Source: Eledone cirrhosa
Taxonomy: Eukaryota
Assembly (NCBI GenBank): GCA_964016885.1
Contig: OZ024743.1
Location: 293,384,001 to 293,448,000 of the forward strand
Reading direction: 5' to 3'
DNA length: 64,000 nt
In this document: positions 39,758-53,293 of the stretch, piece after piece
Layout: each line of letters opens with the position of its first letter
How positions within the stretch are numbered: the first letter of the stretch is position 1
Program-made: the position numbers and the translations under genes
The notes under the pieces: model-generated
The model's database searches: none
What the model was told of the DNA's origin: nothing
What the model saw: the letters and a program-made list of their open reading frames with translations, nothing else

Positions 39758-40247
39758 GTGTGTATATATGTATATATACACACATGGAAATACGCATACA
39801 CACACTTCTGTCTGGCTGAATAATAACCCTGCAACTTTAGTTTAGACATTCTGAAAAATGTTTTTATTTCTTGGGGTTTTGTCCTCTAACAAAAAAAAAA
39901 AAAAAGAAGTGTGATATTGAGGAAGGCATAGGCACACACATGTGTATGTGTACATACATATATACATCCTAGACATTGTAACATAAGTAAGCTATAAAAA
40001 ATGTGACACACACACACACACACACAGACATATATATACCTTCATCACATATGCATATATGCAAATTGAAACAGAAAAACGTAGACTTCCAGCAGCCATT
40101 ATAATTGCAAGGACAATTCATATGTAAATATCCCCCCCCTCCCCTGGTTTAGGCAACCATGCTCTATATGTTAAAAACAATAGCAAAAAAAAAACATTAA
40201 AATTCTGTAAAAAATGTAGACAGATGCTAACTTGTCTGTTTGCATAT

Positions 40248-40296
<49 letters not shown>

Positions 40297-41072
40297 GCTA
40301 GTATTTATGTTTATGCTTTATCCTGGAAATGTAAGAGTGCTTGGTACTTTCATACAAGCAGTTGTAATCATTTTTTGTAGTTATAATTCTTTGTCTTAAT
40401 ATCAAATCATGTAGGTGGTAAATTGGCAGTCATTGTTGTTGAATTAACTGCCTTGTGGTATTTGTTCCCACTTACCAATGTCAAGCTCAACTTTGTCTTT
40501 TGTCCTTTCGGATTTTATAAAGTACCAGTGGATTGGCTGAATTGTTAGTGTTTATTGCATTGTGGGTATTCTTTCTGGCTTTCTACTCTCGGCATTTAGA
40601 TCCCACAAAAGTCAATTTGACTTGCCTTCTTGCATTCTTTTCAGAATAACCAAATAAAGTACTATTCAAAGCAGTGGATTGGTAAAATTGTTAGATTGTC
40701 AAATTATAATATTTATTATGGCTGTCTCCATTTCAAGATCAAATCCTGTTGAGATCATCTTACCTTTCACCATTTCAGGCTCAATCATAATCATGTTAAA
40801 CTGGATTGTGTGTTCTGTTTGGGAGTTAGTTTGTAAGTAGTAAAGATAGATAGAGAATACACCTCCATATGGCCAGAATAGCCAGCATCATATGAATACT
40901 GCTTCAAAGAGTTTTATCTGGCTGTGAAATTACGCCTCATTTGTATAATTAATAGATGTATATCTGTGTGAATTCAGATATCAATCTTAATGTTGTAAGT
41001 TTTATGGTCGGTCAGTAGAATGACCACAACAGCTCCAGTGAAAAGTTGGAAATTACAATAATCATTATTATC

Positions 41073-41103
<31 letters not shown>

Positions 41104-41756
41104 CAATAATCATCCATTTTACATCCATTTTCCTTACTGGTGTGGATTAGATTGTGTCAGTGCCAGAGCCAGTGAGAGATCCTCTATGCAGTCACTTATG
41201 CTATAAAAGATAGCAGTCAAATGTCCCTCATATTACATGCTACATGGATGCATGCATGGTCCCATAACTCCTGTGGGAGTCGTAAGGGCACCATGTTGGC
41301 ATATAGTGTTTCTAGGACATTTTAAAACCTGGTGGAGCCCATCTCCTATTCAGGTTTGAATACAGTAGATGTCTTCCAAAGAAGGATAGTGTGTGTGAGA
41401 GAATGGAAGTGGGTAAGAGAAGGAGAGGAAGAATCGACCCCAGTACTAAACTGGTATTTTTTGTATTGTCCTCGTATGGATGAAGGGCAAATTTGACTTC
41501 GAATTTCATACATAGAAATTATTATAACTGTTATTCAAATAGTTGATGGCAGAATTGGTAGAGCACTGTACTAAATAATTTTTGATGTATATTTATCTAC
41601 CGATATGTTCTGAGTTGAAATCTTGTTTTAATTTTTATCAATGTTTCCCTGGGGTGAATTTATTAACCAACTATACCACCATTTAAGAAATTGTGTTACT
41701 TTTGTTTTTGTTACTATTACGACCACATCTAATATATATATCTTTCTATTTTGCAG

Positions 41757-41805
41757 GTAAATATCTTCCAAGGAGTTTTCTCTATTCTGCTAACTACAAC
41801 ACCAG
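41757..41805 (+). CDS. Candidate 49-bp internal exon of an unidentified host gene
   Basis: Polypyrimidine acceptor TCTTTCTATTTTGCAG and donor CAG|GTAAAG. Open as VNIFQGVFSILLTTTP or (G)KYLPRSFLYSANYNT; unique, non-repetitive sequence. Confidence 0.3.
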
Positions 41806-43469
41806 GTAAAGAGTGAGTGAGAGAAAGAAAGTAACACATGCATGCATGCACACACACATGTGCATGCATGCACACACACACACAAATGTATATATACATA
41901 CATACACACACCCACATATACATAACAACACAAGTGTTATAAGGCAATTTTATCTGCCAGAACAGGGGTTATATTTGTGTGCCCCTTGAGAGGTTTTATA
42001 CACATCTTGTGATCCTTTTTAAGGTAGTATTTGACAGCTAGGTGCTCCACGTGGTACCAGCCCTTTTAGTTGGTTTATGCATATACCCACAAATAAGCAC
42101 TCATTCACACATATACAAATGCATACTAAATACACATACACAATTCTACATACAGTTGCATTCATACGCATACAGAAACAAACAATTTTGCATAAAATAC
42201 ATTCATTAATACATGAAACAACAAATTCATTCCCACAATAGAAGTCTTCTTGTTTATCAATCATATTCAACTGAACATACATAAGTAAGGAAACAACTAT
42301 AGAATTATATTGCATTATCAAATTGTTTATTCTTTAATTCTATTTACTGTTGTTTAGCCTGAAGTCAGGTATGACCAAGCAAACTTATGACAGGCATATG
42401 AACCATGAAAATCCTGTCTTTTTTACAGACACTATGTGTTGAGGACTTTTTCTTCCTCCACCTATTCTGGGAAGGTCGTGGGGGCAGATTCATCAAGCAT
42501 GCATTCCTGCAGGTCCTGTCAGAAGCAATCATCTGCAATTGATCTGGTTGGATTCCCAAGCGAGACCAGCAAAAACCATTTTGTTCATGGTTTATCTCTA
42601 GGTCTTCTGCTTTTACCCATAAAATCTGTTTAGCGATTCTTTCCCAAGACATTCTAAAATCATGCCCTTAGTATTGGAACTGTGATCTCTCAAATTAGGG
42701 AAGTAGTGGCTCTACCTGGAACAACTCTTTCACCTCAGAGCTGCACACACTATCAAGTAACATTACTGCAAAGACCCTTCAAAGGAATTTTATTTCAGAT
42801 GCTTATATTCACAATATTCTTTCGGTCATTACTCAAGATTCATGACCATAGGTAATGGTTGGCATGAATATCGAATTGAAGATACAAGTTTGGCTTTTAC
42901 ACCCACCTTCATTCTTCTGATGACCATATTTCTCATTTGTATGTGTTTGTTTGTGTGTGTGTGTGTGTGTGTGTGTTTTAAACATCTGCCTTGTTCGATG
43001 GCCAAATAAGTTGAGTGTATGATTTATTACTTTGAAATAATTAGAATACCTTTCTTCATATCCTGAGATGAAACACTGAAGTTGTTCATTTGGTTATTTA
43101 GCTTTGCCTAGTTTATACAAATTAATTAATTGTATTGACTGTATACATTTGCTCCTGCTCTTTACATTCTGAGTTAAAATTCTACCACGGTTAGCTTTGC
43201 TTTTCATCCTTACGGGATCAATAAAATAAAGCACCAGTAATGTACTGGGGTTGATTTAATCGCCCCCCCCCCCTCCAAAAAAAATGGTTCGCCTTGTGCC
43301 TAAATCAGAAACTATTATTATTGTTGTTGTTGTTATTGATGGTAATAATAATAATCATCATTGCCATTATTATTATTATTAATACCCATTTCATGCCAAT
43401 TATTTATACTGAGAGAACGAGTCATCGCAAATGACTAAAGGCTCTCTCATATTTTCTTTCCCCCCTTAT

Positions 43470-44215
43470 TATTACAAGAACCATCTGAACTGTTCCTAAT
43501 AATATCATCTTCTGAAGAAGTTCTATATGTATCTTAATTCCAAATGTCACAATCCATGTTTTTATTTTAGTTGTTACTTACTGTCCCTTAGGCATTCAAT
43601 CTTTTTCATGACCCATATTTTCTAAATTTCTCTTTTCAAGTTTCTTACTGCTCAATATTTTCCTTTTTTCCTTTCACATATTCTGTGATTCCCCCAACCA
43701 ACTCCGGTGATGCTATATCAATTATCCATTAGTCTTTCCTCTTTTCCAACAATAACAATATCAGGTTTTCTCTTATAAATCTGATGATCACATTAGATGT
43801 TGAAATCCCAAAGTAGCTTCCCTTCTTTTGACTCTCCCACTGGGTTAGACTGGTACTTGCATAACTTTTCTCTTTTGGCTCAGCTTATGTTTTTTGCCTA
43901 ACTTCCAGTGCATGATCCTGACAATGGTTTCATATCCCCATTTGTATTCCTTTTGTACTAGATCACTGCATTCACTTACAATGTAGCTGACAGTTCCTCC
44001 TTTCATTCCACATAATCTACATAGGGGGCTACATTTTGTTGATGTTGTATTTTACATAATTAGTTTTTAGTGCTCGCATCTATGGTGTACATCTCAATCT
44101 GAAGATATCATCTTTGCATCCATTCCATTGATATTTGTTTATCTTCTCCCCTTTTCTTGTCTCTTATAAACTGGCCATGCATCAATTTATCCATGAACCT
44201 TTTTGTCTGTTACTC
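43470..44215 (-). mobile_element. Degenerate R4/Dong-like (RLE-type) non-LTR retrotransposon 3' fragment
   Basis: Minus translation gives CRLCG..TVSYIVSEC..LVQKEYK (CCHC), LLWDFNI.CDHQI..RKPDIVIV (restriction-like endonuclease PD motif) and LLQKMILLGT. Confidence 0.72.
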
Positions 44216-45031
44216 CTACTGTTCTTTTTCTTAATAATCATTATTTTCAATACATTAGATCGATTGGCAGAATCTTTAGAGCTTCATGCAAAATGATTTG
44301 GTATCTAGGTATGGCCTTTTACATTCTGTGTTTGAATCTCAAGAAGGTCAACTTTGCCTGTCATCCTTCCAGGGTTGTTAAAATAAAGTACCAATCAAAT
44401 ACAGAGGGTCGATATAATTGACTTTCCTCTTCCTCTAAATTGCTGGCCTTGTGTCAATTTTAGAAAGAATTATTATCATTATTATTAATTGTAAAAAGTA
44501 GCTGAATATTCAGTACACATTTAGAAGGGTTGGCTAAAAAGTTCATAAGCTGACCAAGATACTCTCATGGAATGACCAACATAGTCCCTGGAAAGAAACA
44601 ATGCAGTTGTTAATAAGAAGAGTTGAAATTAATGCATGCAAGATTTCACAGCTCTAGCACCGCCCCTTCATAGCCAGCCAATGGACTCTTCAGCCGACCC
44701 TTGTACCCTTGCCATCTTCAGGCAAGATCACCATTTTTACTTGAATTCTGTTTACTGGTTCAAAATCACTCGTGAGAGAAAACAAATTATTAAGGAGCTG
44801 TGATTGCAAAACAGATTTTGCCGCCATGCTGATAAGTACCTTCACTTAAAGCTGTTACATAACATCATTTTTCCCACATGGTTTCACAATCTACACATAC
44901 ACACACAAGTATGTGCATACAAGCATGACTACAAAGTCCATTTCGCAATCACAGGATCAAGCGTGCTTATCTATGATGGTAGGGTTACAGCCATGCCAAC
45001 AAATAATCTCTAGACTTAATCTGGCCCATAT

Positions 45032-45465
45032 TTAACCCTTTAGCATTTAAACCAGCCATATCTGGTTAGAATTCTCTCATGTTCAAACTGGCTGTAACCT
45101 GCCACTTTTTACTGATGTTAAACCTTTAGCATTTAAACCGGCTGTATCTGGCCAGAACTCCTTCGCCTCTTTCTGTTCAAACCAGCCATAACTGGCCACT
45201 CATACTGGTGTTCACAAAATAAATAATATCAAAATCTCATAGATTGGATATTATGTGAAATAATTATGTGAGGTAAAGCCTTTGGCACAAAAATACAATA
45301 GTAAATGTAGAGTTAAGTAAATGCTAATGGGTTTAAAGTACTGTTTTCAAAATAAATAACAAAATCTCATGGATTCGATATTATGTGAGATAAGTATGTG
45401 AGATAAAGCCTTTTCTGTGAAAATACAATAGTAAAGATAGAGAAGTGCAAATGCGAAAGTGTTAA
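45032..45465. mobile_element. piggyBac-like MITE with a second copy (45122-45332) nested in its internal TTAA
   Basis: Two left ends, two right ends, TTAA at 45118-21 and 45333-36; homologous to 9416-9632. Confidence 0.75.
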
Positions 45466-45922
45466 GCCATGGTTGTGGCCATCAGCTTTCTACTATTTTG
45501 GGCTTTTCTGGTGTTTCGATCTACACTTAAAGCTGTTATATAACACCATTTTTCCCATCTAGTACCACAATCTATATACACTCACACTCACACACTTACA
45601 CACAGACAGATATATTAGTTGAATATAACCAGTACTGGCAACAATTAATACTTTCAGCCAACCAATATTAATTAATACGTTACATAATTGAATATCTTTT
45701 CCTTCATTGGTATCTAGCACACATACACACATACACATAGACACGCATACACACACACACATACACATGCACACACACCAATCTGTCAGAATAAAAAAGT
45801 AACTTGGATCAATGTAGCAATGATATATATATTTATACATGTAAAATTTACATTTATATGCATATATAAACATAGAAATTAGTCTATGCTATGTGATGCA
45901 TGATACATATACACACATGCTT

Positions 45923-45991
<69 letters not shown>

Positions 45992-46216
45992 TCACATACA
46001 CACTAATACACAAACACACTCACTCACAAATACACTCACACACATACACACTGATACAAAACAAACACACTCAGACACAAATACACTCACACACAAACTC
46101 ACTCACGCACAAACTCACTCACGCACATTCACACACTCACTCACATATTCATACACTCAAACACATACATAAACACACACATATACACAAACACACACAT
46201 AAATAGTATGTCTGTA

Positions 46217-46284
<68 letters not shown>

Positions 46285-46719
46285 CGCACACATAAACACC
46301 CAATCACCATCACCACCACCACTATCAAGGATGCAGACACACCTGTCTGTCAGGTCTTCTAAACAGTTCTTATAGATCTTCCCTTATCTTCCACTATGTA
46401 GCTCAGTTAGAGTTTCTTCTGTTTTTTTTTCCTAAGGAATCTCATCGTGGTTCATCTAAAACATCATCAACTATAACAAATTATAAGTAATACAAATATG
46501 TAGAAAATAAAATAAAACTTTATTGGGAGATCACATGTGTCAAACACTACAAACAAGTGTGTGTATGTATATATGTATAGCTCTATATAACATACATACA
46601 TGTACCATAAACAGACATATATATATATATATATATGTGTGTATATGTATGTATGTCTCTAGGTGATGGTTGGGAGAAAAGAGTACTCAATACTGAAGTA
46701 GAGTTTAACTATTTGTTAT

Positions 46720-46772
46720 GTCTTGACTGAGGATCCTGCAAGTGCACAGGTGAAACTCCAGAGTAACAAGAC
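46720..46772 (+). ncRNA. Type I hammerhead ribozyme motif
   Basis: GTCTTG-A CTGAGGA T CCTG-caagtgca-CAGG T GAAACTC-CA-GAGTA A-CAAGAC. Core intact, GUA site at 46763-65, A.A mismatch at the junction-proximal pair of stem I. Island ~46660-46800 lies between (TA)n tracts. Confidence 0.72.
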
Positions 46773-46852
46773 TCACTACTTAACCACAATAAATGAATAT
46801 GTGTATATATATATATATATAGTTATGTAATAAATATATAGTTATGTAATAA

Positions 46853-46886
<34 letters not shown>

Positions 46887-46966
46887 ATAACGAAGGAAGT
46901 GTGGTAAGGAACCAAGTGGACCATAACGCACCAAAGTACTCAATACTTAGGGTAGTAGAGTGGGTA

Positions 46967-47045
46967 ATAGGAACAAATAAGACCCCGACGGCTGAGCTCA
47001 AGCCGTCGAAACGGCTTGAGCTCAGCCGTCGGGGTCTTATTTGTT

Positions 47046-47050
<5 letters not shown>
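46967..47050. repeat. Perfect 40-bp inverted repeat with 4-nt loop (CGAA)
   Basis: ATAGGAACAAATAAGACCCCGACGGCTGAGCTCAAGCCGT-CGAA-exact reverse complement, followed directly by (TA)n. Confidence 0.95.
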
Positions 47051-47084
<34 letters not shown>

Positions 47085-47087
<3 letters not shown>

Positions 47088-47275
47088 ATTGTTTCTACTT
47101 TTGGCACAAGGCCAGCAATTATCCAGTGCATTACTGGTACTTTATTTTATCGACCCCGTAAGGATGAAAGGCAAAGTTAACCTCGGCGGGATTTGAACTC
47201 AAACCATAAAGGGGCGTAACTCTTTGCTGCAAAGCATAGCGTCAGACCCTCTACCGATACTGCCAATCCACCGCT
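47085..47275 (-). mobile_element. SINE family D
   Basis: Reverse complement of 53079-53293. Confidence 0.85.
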
Positions 47276-47566
47276 ATATATATACACATAATGGTGATTA
47301 TTTACAATGGACACAAAAATGTCCATTATTGTTAAAGAGTTCATTTCACAACTATGCAGCTTCAGGTGAGCTAATTTCAGCTTTCCTCTAAGCTCTAGCC
47401 CTTTAATGATGATTGAGCCAGCTCTTTTTGATACAGCTCAAAACACACATGTATTAACATATGTGTTTTGAGCTGTGAAATTAGTCGTATTCTTGGCATC
47501 GATACCAACACAAGTCAATTTATTTAAATTCTCTTGTATACTCTGAATATATTATTTGTAAGAGAA

Positions 47567-47668
47567 AGCCTACTGAAGAGGATGATTTGCCTTAATTTAC
47601 TAATTAACCATTTTAATTATGGTAATTGGTATTTTTTTTCTTTGTCATCCGAAACCGTGGTCTAAGCT
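47567..47668 (+). ncRNA. Type I hammerhead ribozyme motif with long AT-rich insertion in loop II
   Basis: AGCCTA CTGAAGA GGATGA-[~59 nt]-TCATCC GAAACC-GT-GGTC TAAGCT. Perfect 6-bp stem II, GUC site at 47660-62, stem I 5/6 paired. Confidence 0.72.
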
Positions 47669-49087
47669 ATTATAATTGAATTTACCAATTATAATGTAAG
47701 TAGAATTGCGGTTGCCTTTAAAGGTATTTTTGCTTATACTTTGTGTTACAATATATATCATTATACCTAATTAATATTTTTGTAAATGATACTCTGATAA
47801 TTTGGATTTTAGCCCTTAATGTTCATGGAGCTTTTTATGGTATGAGATTGAGAACATTTATTTTGATCTATATTTTTGTAAGGTGCAATGACTGAAAGCA
47901 CCCAACCCACACTGTAAAGTGGTCATGTAGGAGTCATGACAAAAAGCACCCAGCACACATTATAAATTCAGTTTGTGTTAGGAAGGGCATCCAGCCATAG
48001 AATTCTAGCTAGAATCAGTCCTATATGAGCAAGACATGGTCACATGATCCAACTTGCCTCTAATGGGACAGCCCGTCCTACCCATGCTTGCATAGAAAAT
48101 GTCCTACACATGCTAGCATGGAAAGTGGATGTTAAACAATAATGATGATGATGGTAGTCTAACCCTAGCATGGAAAGTGGATGTTAAATGGTGGTGGTGA
48201 TGATGATGATCATATATATACATGCATGCAGTCATAATGCACTTCAGCAAACTAATATGTCTTAAAGCTTTCATTGTGCATATACATACATCATCCACAC
48301 AGGTAGATTCATACATATTCAAGTATATAATTACATAATTATACATTCCCACACCTGTACATGTCCACAAATTATAAATAGCATCCATACACTCTCTTGC
48401 ATTATACAAAAGTAGCTGTATGTGTCTTTGATACATGCAATCACCTGTGAATGTCCACAAATAAATAATCTTGACTTAACATATAAACGACAATGATGAT
48501 GAACGGTGTGTGTGTGTGTGTGTGTGTGTCAATGATACATACACACATATCACTGTCATGCACACATAAACACAGAGGTACATATGTATCCAGTCACCTG
48601 TTCATGTTTACACATAATATATATGATAAGGTATCTTTGCATTTACAGATAGACAAATGACAGTTTCATATTATCACACCAAGTTACATATACTTGTACA
48701 CACATGTACATGTCAATACATAATAAATGCATACACACTGTTGCTTGTATTATTTACATATATATATACACACTGTTGTACTAACAGACACATAACTCTG
48801 TCATATACCTACACAAATATATACACATTTACATCTATGTACACAGTCCACACATAATATACATACATGCCCCCTTTTCACAATTAAGCAAATAGTTGAC
48901 ACTGCCAAACTCAACACACTCATCTTTGACCTCTGTATGTATTATGGTACCATGTGTCTATGTGGAACGTTCTCTCCAAGGCCAGGGATTTTATTTCTAT
49001 TTATTCAAAGGGAAGTCCAACAGTTTGATCAAAGAAAACCAGTACATACTGCAAGACATTTAATGCAACATTCTAACAAATGTACCT

Positions 49088-49139
<52 letters not shown>

Positions 49140-49809
49140 GCATATATTCAACCCACATGTATATGCACACAATTTTTGAAGTCATTTTCTCTGCAAAGCA
49201 GGAAATAACCTTACAAGTCCCTTGGCAGGACTTACAACTGGAAGGCAATGTTTTATGGCTGGATGTCCTTCCTGGTGTTAACCTTTTTAGACAACTCTTG
49301 TCATACATAAGGATACAGTGTACCTATTCTGAACTGGATACACACAGCTTCAAAAGGAACATGCACTTGCACACATAATATATCTATACACACACAGTTG
49401 CAGTGAGAGAAGAGACATACACTGTCTCTGTCACACTCATTTAACAAAGATAAAACAATGTTTAGCAGTTGTTCTGTACTTTTTCCACAACACTATCCAC
49501 CACTTCATCTCATTTTTCTCTACAAAGATTTTGTAAATAGACACGACTTTGTACAGATTCTCACTCTATTGAAGAACAATATAATGCAATTTGTTAGTTT
49601 GTGAAGTAGTCTAGAAATGTGTCAACATCTTCATGACCACCACTACTATCATCAGCTACATCTTCATGACCACCACTACAAACATCAACATTGCCACCAT
49701 TATCATCAGCAATAACATCAACATTATCACCACTATCATTGTCAGCACCACCACAAACCTCGTCACCACCACCACCATTATCAGCAGCAACATCTTCATC
49801 ATTGACATT

Positions 49810-49846
<37 letters not shown>

Positions 49847-52800
49847 CAATCACCATCATTATCGTCAACTCATCATCATTGATATGCTTTCTTTAATCTA
49901 CCACAGGTCAGGGCTATTTTATCACTCTGTATATTACAGTTAAGTTTCAACCAGCACTGTACCCATCTTTCATCCCCCTACTATTACCTGTTCCCTATCT
50001 CAGTGATTATTCAGGTTCTGTATATTCTGAATTCAAATACTTGCCAAGATCAAATTTGCCTTTCATCCTTTTCGGTTTGATAAATAAAGTACAAGTGCAG
50101 GGCAGTGGATTCTTGGAATTGTTGGTAACAGATGGAATACCTTCTATTATCTGTTCCAGGCTCTGTGTATTCTGTTCAGATATTGTTGTGGCCTACTTGG
50201 GTATTAGTTTAACACTACCATCTGATCGTGGCTGTCTTTAGTGAGAGTAAACACTTTTGCAGACAAGGGCTCCCATGTGAGGATACCTTCTTTTATTCAA
50301 CTGACCAATCCCAGAGACCTTGAAAATGGTGATGAATGCTGCCTTACCCTCTTTGATTAAATAGGGAAAAAATAAATGAATGTCAACACAAGGCGTGGTA
50401 CATCCCACAATATATCAGACACCACCCACATATTTCAAGGCCACCACCATGCTCCAGCATTTCCTGACCCATGTTGGGATGACTTTCTTCAATAGCAAGT
50501 AGTATATCACTTACATCCCTCTCATTTAAACACCCCCTGTTCCCTTCAATGCATCCTCAGCCTGACCATGGACAAACTAAGCACCATAGTGTTGCAAAGG
50601 AATAGTGCCATAATAAAATGCACCCAACCCACTCTGCAAAGAGATAGTACTGGTGCCATAATGAATAGTACCATGTAAGCTGGGAGTGCTGGTGATACAA
50701 TGAAATGCTCCAAGTGGTTGGTGTTAGAAAGTACATCGAGCCATATAAACTAAACCAAAAAGGAAACATACAAGCAAGATGTAGTCACTTGACAAGTCTG
50801 GCCTCAATATGGGACTGCCTACTTTACATATACAAGCATTGAAAATAGACAGTAAATAGTGATGATGATGGATACGGTTGACTATCCTATGCACATTGAT
50901 TGACTGATGAGCATTTAGTGTGCAATCAGTACCTCATTGTACACCAGAGGTCAAGCAATGCACAACTGACACAACTTATTCTAATCCAATTCATTTTCTC
51001 TCCCATCTCCTCAGATCCTCCAAGATCTGATGCTCATGTCTCATTTCCATACAGTGTCACACTTCTTAAGGAGACTTCATGCAACCTTTACAATCTTTAT
51101 CAAAGATGTGTGACCCTGTGTGTGTGTAGATCACTGTCTACAAGAACGTGAGTTTGTGTGTACATGATCACTGTGTGAGTTTGTGTATATGTGTGTGCAT
51201 TTCTCTGTGTACAAGAATATGTATCAGATTATGTGTGAGTTTGTGTATGTATATATCTCTGTACAAGAATATGTATACAATTGTGTGTGAGTTTGTGTAT
51301 ACGTATGTGTATATCTGTGTACAAGAATATGTATACGATTGTGTGTGAGTTTGTGTATATGCATGTGTGTTCTTTATAGTTTTTATCTTTTAAATTAGGT
51401 GTTTCTTTGACAACTGATTTTTTTATTTTTTTTTATGTATATAATTGTATATATTGATGTTTTTATGGTGATTTACATGTGTACACACATGTATGTATGC
51501 ATGTGTTTTTACATGTGTGTATGTGTGTGTTTTGTCAACTGAATAATTGTTTGGTGATGAAGATAATCCTCTTTTTTATAGTAAACTAAATTCAGTTAAT
51601 CTAATATTAGTTAGTTTTAATTGTATTAGTTGTAGTAATGGTAGTGGTGATAGTGGTGAGGATTGTGGCGATGGCAGTGATATTGGTAGTTATGATAGTA
51701 GTGGTGATGGTGAGATGGCAGTGGTGGTGGTGCTAGCAATTGCATTAGTATTAGTAGTAATATCTGAATTAAATATATTAGTGGTGATTTTAGCAGTTAT
51801 AATGAGAGAAATGAATGGGGTGTGATGTGGTGAGGTGGAACACCTTCCAAAACTGGATGTTGTGGGAGTGATTGAAGAGAGAAATGACTAATTAATTAAT
51901 ATAGGTGACTCTCAGATGATGATGGTGATAGTGATGATGATATTAATAACAGCAACTATGACACTAATCATTTATAATATTGGCTTAAAACCCAGAAACT
52001 TTGAATGTGTACACAATCATTCAAACCAACCCACTATTTAACTGGTACTTATTTTATCAAGTAAAAGGGCAAAGATGACTCTGTCTGGTATAGCTTTAGT
52101 TAAGCTATACACACAATGACAACAAATGGTGATTTGGTTAACTATTGTTTATTGCATGACAATCATTTACAATTGTAAGATGGAGCGATGTACCCCTAAA
52201 GTTCAGGTCTTCTTACTCACATCACCAGAAGTGCCTTTAATAACCAGCCTACTGTCAACTGTTCATCTTTACAAGTTCATGGCAATGCTCTTCACTGGCA
52301 TGATTCAACTAAGAATATTAAGAGATATAACTGAATACTATAAAGCATTTTGCCACTATGTTCATTCTTTTAGATACTTCTTAATTTGTTGCCCAGTTTA
52401 ACACCTCTATCTGTTCCTTCAGTGCGTTTAGTGGAGTCCACTGTTGTAAGCATTCAAAGATTCTGGTTTAAAGGTATTTTTCTCACTCACATCCACCATT
52501 CTCAGACACTATAAAAAGGGCATTAGCCTTCTCTCTCCCTGCCTAAAACAGTAATAATAATAATTGTTTCTACTTTAGGCACAAGGCCAGCAATTTGAAG
52601 GGGAGGGAAACATTGATTAAATCGACCCCAGTGCATTACTGTTGCTTTATTTTATCCACCCTGTAAAGATAAAAAGCAAAGCTAACCTCAATGGGATTTG
52701 AAATCCGAATCAATTATATCAACCCCACTACTTGATTTGTACTTTATTTTATTAAACTTGGATAAAAAAGCAAAGTTGCCCCTACAGGATTGGGATTCTG

Positions 52801-52925
52801 AAATATTGAGGCAGTGGGGAGTGATCAAAACTAATGTACTAATCAGTCACTTAGTATGAAGAAAATAATCTTTTTTTTGCTACTGTTTCATTCTGTTTAA
52901 AATTGCTTTATTATTATCTGTGGTG

Positions 52926-52960
<35 letters not shown>

Positions 52961-53078
52961 TCAGCAGAGATAGATAGTCTTAATTATGGCAATCATCATC
53001 ATTATCTTCAGCAGCAGCAACATTACTATGATTATCATGATATTTATCATCATCATTGTCATTATTATTATTATCAAA

Positions 53079-53293
53079 GGGCGGTGAATTGGCAGTATCG
53101 GTAGAGGGTTGGACGCCATGCTTTCTAGCATAGTTACGTCCCTTTACAGTCTGAGTTCAAATCCCGCCGAGGTTAACTTTGCCTTTCATCCTTACGGGGT
53201 CGATAAAATAAAGTACCAGTAATGTACTGGGTAGTTGCTGGCCTTGTGCCTAAAGTAGAAACAATTATTATTATCATTACCATCATCATCGTT
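53079..53293 (+). mobile_element. tRNA-derived SINE family D, full length, (ATT)n tail
   Basis: GGCGGTGAATTGGCAGTATCGGTAGAG head, B box GAGTTCAAATCCC, central GCCTTTCATCCTTACGGGGTCGATAAAATAAAGTACCAG domain. Confidence 0.85.

Noticed and set aside
50897-50940. CTGATGA-GCAT..GTGC hammerhead-like motif
   Set aside because: GAAA is replaced by AATC and there is no stem I.
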